Below, in pieces: positions 35,166 through 40,000 of a stretch of DNA of 40,000 bases. Position 1 is the stretch's first letter, and the number at the start of each line of letters is the position of its first letter. Source of the stretch: Fontibacillus panacisegetis (GTDB lineage Bacteria > Bacillota > Bacilli > Paenibacillales > Paenibacillaceae); NCBI RefSeq assembly GCF_900102215.1, contig NZ_FNBG01000003.1:206397-246396 (forward strand). Reading direction: 5' to 3'. Under the pieces are notes generated by a model. The model was not told where the DNA came from. It did not search any database and saw only the letters and a list, made by a program, of their open reading frames with translations. A program made the position numbers and the translations under genes.

Positions 35166-35879
35166 CTACAGGGTGAATTGATATTTGTCACCGATCATAT
35201 ACTGCTTCCCGACATGAACAGGCCATCCGTTTTGGTCGCGGATTACCGTTCTCAAATAAAATAACGGCTTGCCAATATCTGTTTCAAGCAAAAGCGCCTT
35301 TTGCTCATCGGCCAAAACGATTTCCAGGGTTGTTTCACCCGGTTGATTCGGGTCTATTCCATATTTTCCTCTCAGCAAGTCATACAACGAACCTTGTAGG
35401 GGCTCATCCAGCAAAAAGGCGAAGCGGCTGTGTGGATAATAGTTATTTTCCAGCATAATCGGAGTGTCTCCGGCATATCTTTTCCGCTGAATATATATCA
35501 CCTTTTCTCCTTTGCCCAATTGCAGATCCTGTTCCAGCTTGGCGGTTGCCTCAATAATCTCTTTGTGAGTAACCACACTGCGGGAGGCAAGGCCGTTTGC
35601 TTCACAAGCAGCCGTAAAGCCAATAACATGCTCAATCTTACGATCGATCTTGGAGTAGGTAACAAATGTCCCTTTCCCTTGACGCTTTATTAAAAAGCCC
35701 TCTTGAGCCAGCTCCTCAATTGCCTTACGAACCGTAATACGGCTCACTTTATAACGCTCGCTTAGCTCTATTTCCGTCGGGATCTTCTCTCCGTCGCTGA
35801 ACAATCCGTTCGTAATTGCCGATAATATCGCTTTTTTCAATCGAATATATAATGGTTCAGGATGATCAGGATTTAACAT
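35166..35879 (-). CDS. GntR/HutC-family regulator with UTRA domain (FrlR-like)
   Basis: LYIRLKKAILSAITNGLFSDGEKIPTEIELSERYKVSRITVRKAIEELAQEGFLIKRQGKGTFV. Confidence 0.88.
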   Translation of the reverse strand: MLNPDHPEPLYIRLKKAILSAITNGLFSDGEKIPTEIELSERYKVSRITVRKAIEELAQEGFLIKRQGKGTFVTYSKIDRKIEHVIGFTAACEANGLASRSVVTHKEIIEATAKLEQDLQLGKGEKVIYIQRKRYAGDTPIMLENNYYPHSRFAFLLDEPLQGSLYDLLRGKYGIDPNQPGETTLEIVLADEQKALLLETDIGKPLFYLRTVIRDQNGWPVHVGKQYMIGDKYQFTL

Positions 35880-35896
35880 ATATACCTCACTTGTTA

Positions 35897-35908
35897 TATA
35901 ACGTTATA
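35897..35908. promoter_or_regulatory. Candidate operator (site B) in the 5' region of the GntR gene
   Basis: The perfect palindrome TATAACGTTATA lies 18 nt upstream of the regulator start codon. Confidence 0.5.
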
Positions 35909-35981
35909 GTTTTTACTTAAAGAGTAGCAAACATCACATTATTATACAAGCGGGACATATATTCAATTCAACCTATACAAT

Positions 35982-36806
35982 TCACTCATACGTTACGCCA
36001 AAACCAAAGGAACCTTCCACCAGACAACACTCTGCAGCAAATTCGGAGCCTTTCCTCATGGCGGTTTGAATATCATGATCCTTCAAGTAACTTATCAGGA
36101 AGGCCGTTATAAAGGAATCTCCCGCCCCCATCGTATCGACGGCCTCGACAAATCTCGGAGCTTCGAAATAGAACTGGTGTCCGTCGTAAGCCATAGACCG
36201 ATCGCTGCCACGAGTAGCTACAATCAATTGTCCAGCTCTTTTGAATTTCTTGCGAATGTAATCCTGGGTGGCTTCATCAGACATATGACTGCAGGAAAAA
36301 AATGAAAAATCAGCATATCCAATATACTTTTCTACCTGCTCATCCTCAAAATCATCGGAGAAGTCGAAGGAAATCGGTACCCCCAAACTCTGCAGCTCAG
36401 AAAGCAAATGACCGGTATGACTGTAAAGTCCGGTGTGCATCATAGCAAATTCCTTAATATAGGCCTTGTCTTCCTCATCAAGCTGCAGCGGATTCAGTCT
36501 GGTTACGCCACCTTCATTACTGCCCAGAAAAACTCTATCCCCTTCCTTCAGAGTCACTCGAGCACATCCATTCTCTCCGCTGTAATGTCTGCATCTTGAA
36601 ATATCAATTTCAAGCTTCCTCAAGGTGCTCTCCACATGACCAGCTTCGCGATCATCCCCGAAAACTCCGATAAATGCGGAATCCACTCCAAGCTTCTTGG
36701 CAAAAACACTGAAGTTCAGTGCATTGCCTCCGGGATACATCGTTTTCAAATGGACATATTTATCCACCACATTATCGCCAATTCCCAATACTCTCATTTC
36801 TTGCAC
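35982..36806 (-). CDS. frlD: PfkB-family fructosamine (fructoselysine) 6-kinase-like
   Basis: MRVLGIGDNVVDKYVHLKTMYPGGNALNFSVFAKKLG parallels the E. coli FrlD N-terminus. The C-terminal DTMGAGDSF motif is the PfkB signature. ATG 36797 is an alternative start. Confidence 0.75.
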   Translation of the reverse strand: MQEMRVLGIGDNVVDKYVHLKTMYPGGNALNFSVFAKKLGVDSAFIGVFGDDREAGHVESTLRKLEIDISRCRHYSGENGCARVTLKEGDRVFLGSNEGGVTRLNPLQLDEEDKAYIKEFAMMHTGLYSHTGHLLSELQSLGVPISFDFSDDFEDEQVEKYIGYADFSFFSCSHMSDEATQDYIRKKFKRAGQLIVATRGSDRSMAYDGHQFYFEAPRFVEAVDTMGAGDSFITAFLISYLKDHDIQTAMRKGSEFAAECCLVEGSFGFGVTYE

Positions 36807-36869
36807 CCGCTTTCAGGATAGTTGCATCATAATGGCTGAGTAGTTCAGCTTGAACCATTTCAGAGGAGT

Positions 36870-37838
36870 TTAATACGCCACTTTTCCCATGTAACGACGT
36901 GTTTCCAATGGATGGTTGCGAACAGTAGCCAGTGCTTCGCGGTATTCACACAGGATGCTGTAGAACAAGATCGGGTTAAAGAACTCGACAACCTCTTCCG
37001 CGATTGTACCGATTCCCAATTCCTTTGCGTCTACCACCTCGACCTTCCCGGCATACTGGTTGAGAAATTTCAATGCACGTTCGTCTAATGCACGTGTACG
37101 TCCTTCGTTCATCATAAGAATGAAAGGCGTTTCCTTATCGGTTACTTCAAAAGGACCATGGAAATACTCTCCTGAATGAATTGAAGCCGCGTTCAGCCAC
37201 TGCATTTCCATAAGGGAGCAAATCGCGAAGCCATAGGCATGACCGTAAGAAGCACCGCTGGAAAGGATATAGAAAAGCTCCTCAGATCCGTATTTATCGG
37301 CGAAAGCCTTCGTACGAGGGCCAACCTGTTTTTTTCCTTCGCTAATAATGCCGTTGACCTTGCCCATTCCGTTTTGAAAAGCTTCATAATGCTCGTACCC
37401 TTCTACGACCTTCAAAACCTCTACGCACAAGGACAAAATGATAGCCATCGGATTGTTCTTAACATCGCTGTCCTCGCCCCATTCATAAAGGAATGCATGG
37501 TTAGAATACTGGAGCAACGCGGCTTCCTTGTTATGAGTAAGGCCGATCGTATGTGCTCCGTGTTCCTTAGCCGTCTTGGAAGCTTCCACTGATTCAGGGG
37601 TGTTGCCTCCATGAGAACAAACGATGACAAGCGAATCTTTGTTCAGACGTTTCGGCAAAGCATGAACGAATTCATTCGCTGTATACATGCCGGTTACGAT
37701 TTTTTGCGCTTCGCTTTCCAAAAAATATTTCGATGGATACATGTCAACCAGAGAACCGCCACAAGCTACAAGATACACTTCAGAAATTCCATTTTTCGTC
37801 TGTTCATTAATTGAATTGATTACTTTAACAACATCCAT
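36870..37838 (-). CDS. frlB: SIS-domain fructosamine-6-phosphate deglycase-like
   Basis: There are two SIS repeats (VYLVACGGS...; VCSHGGNTPE). The C-terminal ETRRYMGKVAY matches the FrlB-type ERRYYGGLVEY ending. AAGGAGAG is the RBS. Confidence 0.75.
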   Translation of the reverse strand: MDVVKVINSINEQTKNGISEVYLVACGGSLVDMYPSKYFLESEAQKIVTGMYTANEFVHALPKRLNKDSLVIVCSHGGNTPESVEASKTAKEHGAHTIGLTHNKEAALLQYSNHAFLYEWGEDSDVKNNPMAIILSLCVEVLKVVEGYEHYEAFQNGMGKVNGIISEGKKQVGPRTKAFADKYGSEELFYILSSGASYGHAYGFAICSLMEMQWLNAASIHSGEYFHGPFEVTDKETPFILMMNEGRTRALDERALKFLNQYAGKVEVVDAKELGIGTIAEEVVEFFNPILFYSILCEYREALATVRNHPLETRRYMGKVAY

Positions 37839-37856
37839 TTAGTTTCTCTCCTTTTG

Positions 37857-37892
37857 ACATAACGTTATATAACGTATTATTTACAATATCAA
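37857..37892 (-). promoter_or_regulatory. frlB promoter with overlapping operator (site C)
   Basis: Minus strand: -35 TTGATA (37892-37887), a 17-nt spacer, and -10 TATAAC (37869-37864). The operator ACATAACGTTATATAACGTATTAT (37857-37880) covers the spacer and the -10. Confidence 0.6.
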
Positions 37893-37944
37893 TATAACCG
37901 CTTTCACAAACAGAGTCAAGGGCATCTCCAAATTTCTCTTCACT

Positions 37945-38235
37945 TTACTTAGGATTCAGCATGATTTTAGGAACCAGTGCAATGCCCAAGCCGCTTGCTA
38001 CATAATGCTTTAGCGCTGTCATGCTGCCGATCTCCATGTAGCTGACAGGACAATTCCCCGATTCCCGAAGGATCATTTCAAGCTTTTGCGGTATGGGCAG
38101 ATGGTCGATGTATTGAGCAGGTGATGCTCCCTGAAATCGTCCGGTGCAATCCCGTCTTTAAGAGCGAGCGCATGATCTTCACCCCATGAGTATCACAAAT
38201 GATTCTGTAAACAGGGATTCATAGTATAGCTCGGC
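37945..38235 (-). pseudogene. LysR-family regulator fragment (substrate-binding domain C-terminal part, frameshifted)
   Basis: Minus-strand pieces sit in three frames: LDVGAELYYESLFTESFVILMG / EDHALALKDGIAPDDFREHHLLNTST / LPIPQKLEMILRESGNCPVSYMEIGSMTALKHYVASGLGIALVPKIMLNPK*. The N-terminal HTH is absent. Confidence 0.6.
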
Positions 38236-38244
38236 CCCTACATC

Positions 38245-38693
38245 CAGCGGCTATTTCTGGAAGCGAGGAAGTCCGGAGTATGATCGAAACTATTGAACGG
38301 GAGCTTGGGACTATCGATATATTGGTTAATAATGCGGGAATTACGCGGTATATTCCTTTTGAAGATTTGGAGGCAGTCACAGAGGAAATATGGGATGAGC
38401 TTTATGCAACTAATGTCAAAGGAATGTTATACTGCGCACGAGCAGTTGCACCGTTCATGAAAAAGCATCATCAAGGAGCCGTCGTTAATATAGGCAGCAT
38501 CGCGGGTCAGACAGGCTTGGGTTCCTCACTTCCTTACGCGGTCTTCAAGGCAGCTGTTCATGGTCTTACAAAATCATTAGCATATGCCCTGGCTCCACAC
38601 ATTAAAGTCAACTGTGTTGTTCCGGGAGCTGTCGCGACAAGATGGTGGGACGGAAGAGAAGAAATGATGAGGAAATTAGCTTCTAACCTTCCA
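38245..38693 (+). pseudogene. SDR-family oxidoreductase fragment (both ends missing)
   Basis: ...ISGSEEVRSMIETIERELGTIDILVNNAG...GSIAG...YAVFKAAVHGLTKSLA...VVPGAV carries the NNAG and YxxxK motifs. The Rossmann TGxxxGIG N-terminus is absent. Similarity ends at ...ASNLP (about 38693), exactly where the repeat array begins. The track ORF 38280..38846 reads on into repeat DNA. Confidence 0.7.
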
Positions 38694-38694
38694 G

Positions 38695-38891
38695 TAGAGG
38701 AAAAAATCTCCTTTATATTCGAAAATGAGATGATTTTAAAGAAAATAGAGGAAGTATTTTCCCTTATTCTTACTGAAATTGCCCTAAAATGTGAAAAATC
38801 AGCGTATAACACCAAAATAGAGGAATTAAGTTCCTTTATTTTATGATCTTGAGCGAATCCTGATGGAATAGGGGAACTTTTTTCCTTTATT
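38695..38891 (+). repeat. Four copies of an AT-rich GGAA/TTCC palindromic repeat (family 1)
   Basis: TAGAGGAAAAAATCTCCTTTAT (38695), AATAGAGGAAGTATTTTCCCTTATT (38744), AATAGAGGAATTAAGTTCCTTTATT (38816), and AATAGGGGAACTTTTTTCCTTTATT (38867). Spacing is 51/72/51 bp. Confidence 0.8.
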
Positions 38892-39000
38892 GCTACCGAA
38901 GTGCTGAGATAGGCTGAAAACGCACAACTGTAGCCCATGATGCTTCTGTTTAACACGAGCCTAATCACGATTACTTGTGGCATATTCTTTATTTTCGTAT

Positions 39001-39180
39001 AAAGTGCAGGCTTTAGATCAGGGACTTCGTTTATGCTGAGGAATTCATGTAAAAGTGCAGTTATTTTACTCTTGATGAGAGAAAACAGACGGTTTGTCGC
39101 TCAAAAGCTGCACTTTCGCATGAATTTGAGTTGTATGAGCCGTTTGACCGCACAAAAGATGCATTTTTGCATGAATCCCC
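39001..39180. repeat. Four further copies of the TGCA-hairpin repeat (family 2), in both orientations
   Basis: AAAGTGCAGGCTTTA (39001, half copy) and GAATTCATGTAAAAGTGCAG (39041) are in direct orientation. CTCAAAAGCTGCACTTTCGCATGAATTTGAG (39100-39130) and CACAAAAGATGCATTTTTGCATGAATCCCC (39151-39180) are inverted. Confidence 0.7.
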
Positions 39181-39204
39181 TGATGGCTCTGCCCAATGTG
39201 ACTT

Positions 39205-39314
39205 TACCTAATACTTTACTCAAATAATTCCACCTAATGTCTGCACCTAGTAACCCTCCAAATGTCTTCACCTAATACCTCTATCTAATTACTCCAACTA
39301 CTACTCTACCTGAT
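39205..39314 (+). repeat. Degenerate ~38-bp tandem repeat carrying six YAYCTRRT (CACCTAAT-like) boxes
   Basis: The boxes lie at 39205, 39231, 39244, 39269, 39283 and 39307, with spacings 26/13/25/14/24. This gives two boxes per ~38-bp unit. Confidence 0.6.
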
Positions 39315-39453
39315 AACTGCTTCTTTTAATGTTTGGCTCCTTTAGCCCGGCAAGTTATGTCTCACTATTCTAACACATCGTTAACCAGTGCCTCTCCAAT
39401 ACGATCAGGATTATCTGTTATACCCTCGTTTCATATGAGCAATGAATTAGTTT

Positions 39454-40000
39454 TCACTGCATTTCCTCATCAAATAAAGAGAGCTGGACAGGCTCGCCCT
39501 GCTTCAGCTTCTCCTTTTGTGGAGCAATATAACTTCCAGACAGCTGATATTTTGCCTTCAATTCATTGACCATTCCATACAACGAATCCTTATATTCCTT
39601 TGGTGCGCCACCTTTTTTGTACAATGCCTGAAGAGGTTCAAATAACTCGGGATAAGCTGACCTGATAAAATTAAAGAACACACCTCTCGTATTACCGCGC
39701 AAATAGAGAACACCTGGCAATACGTAAGAAACCTTGCTCTCTTGTGCTGCTGCATACAGTGTATCCACATTGTCGCGGTTATCGGTTAAATACGGGATAA
39801 TGGGCATGAAGTGCAGGCCGGTAGAAGCATTCGTCTTCGAGAACTCCTTCAGCATGGCAAATCGCCGCAGCGACGGAACACCGTTAGGCTCAATCTGCTG
39901 ACGAATGGTTTCGTCCATGCAGGTAATGGTCGCCGCCACATTGATATAGGTGATTCGTGACAGCTCATCGATCAGATCGAAGTCACGCAATATGAGATCT
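39454..40000 (-). CDS. Radical-SAM family protein, SplB/COG1533-like (5' partial, continues beyond the right edge)
   Basis: The C-terminal region reads ...ITCMDETIRQQIEPNGVPSLRRFAMLKEFSKTNASTGLHFMPIIPYLTDNRDNV...YPELFEPLQALY. The frame is open upstream of the track's Met at 39990. Confidence 0.5.
   Translation of the reverse strand, partial: DLILRDFDLIDELSRITYINVAATITCMDETIRQQIEPNGVPSLRRFAMLKEFSKTNASTGLHFMPIIPYLTDNRDNVDTLYAAAQESKVSYVLPGVLYLRGNTRGVFFNFIRSAYPELFEPLQALYKKGGAPKEYKDSLYGMVNELKAKYQLSGSYIAPQKEKLKQGEPVQLSLFDEEMQ

Noticed and set aside
2708-37814. Numerous 60-130-aa ORFs nested antisense or out of frame inside long genes. Examples: 2708..2962, 4570..4914, 6450..6677, 8120..8476, 10762..11013, 11727..11957, 12107..12502, 14527..14742, 15924..16217, 17370..17564, 19346..19537, 26469..26693, 26917..27593, 32208..33134, 33551..34668, 35430..35693, 36066..36821, 37193..37814.
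   Set aside because: Each is fully contained within a longer ORF that has clear family motifs. None has an RBS, and all have shadow-frame composition.
38695-38891. CRISPR array (four spaced repeats)
   Set aside because: The repeats are imperfect and about 22-25 bp long. The spacing is irregular (51/72/51). There is no leader and no cas genes in the window. The block lies inside a disrupted SDR gene, so it is better explained as a dispersed or MITE-like repeat.
38558-39569. Track ORFs 38558..38983 (-), 39033..39227 (+), 39333..39569 (+) and 39558..39770 (-)
   Set aside because: They read through repeat DNA, run antisense to or overlap the SDR fragment or the radical-SAM gene, and have no coding signatures.
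1-40000. tRNA, rRNA or tmRNA genes and integrase/att sites that could define the island
   Set aside because: I looked for cloverleaf-like GC-rich ~75-nt segments and tyrosine or serine recombinase motifs at both island flanks and found none. The absence is based on visual inspection only.

Overview
The window looks like chromosome from a low-to-medium-GC Firmicute. The Bacillales-like signs are GGAGG ribosome-binding sites, a lipobox lipoprotein and hairpin plus T-tract terminators. All calls come from reading the supplied translations and the DNA by eye; no database, profile or structure search was possible.

Part 1 (1-2040): a partial MerR regulator with a 19-bp-spacer MerR-type promoter, a decayed IS200/IS605 element, and a lipoprotein gene.

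Part 2 (about 2080-21760): a visibly AT-richer accessory island, almost entirely on the minus strand.
- Core (11395-21759): queC-queD-queE (preQ0 synthesis, with no folE or queF), a YhhQ/VUT-type 7-deazaguanine precursor transporter, and TWO different TGT/DpdA-like transglycosylases. One is a stand-alone 310-aa protein. The other is 683 aa with an N-terminal YaaA/DUF6884-like domain.
- The core also carries a 1066-aa P-loop NTPase and two orphan proteins (258 and 262 aa).
- Directly downstream are an AddB-like Fe-S nuclease-fold protein paired with a UvrD-like SF1 helicase, an AT-rich 586-aa orphan, an 84-aa orphan, and a truncated DUF2075/Schlafen-like NTPase.
- I read this as a 7-deazaguanine DNA modification/restriction island related to Dpd but of non-canonical composition. 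No DpdB, DpdC or DpdD-K is recognisable. It is the best candidate for an undescribed system in this window.

Part 3 (21940-40000): mostly ordinary genes.
- An XRE switch with paired operators, a YdjC-family deacetylase, and a PadR operon with a membrane-anchored hydrolase.
- An APH-like kinase and an RDD protein.
- A fructosamine locus (frlB/frlD/GntR plus amidohydrolase and YfcC carrier) sharing a palindromic operator.
- Several gene fragments and two families of short dispersed hairpin repeats.
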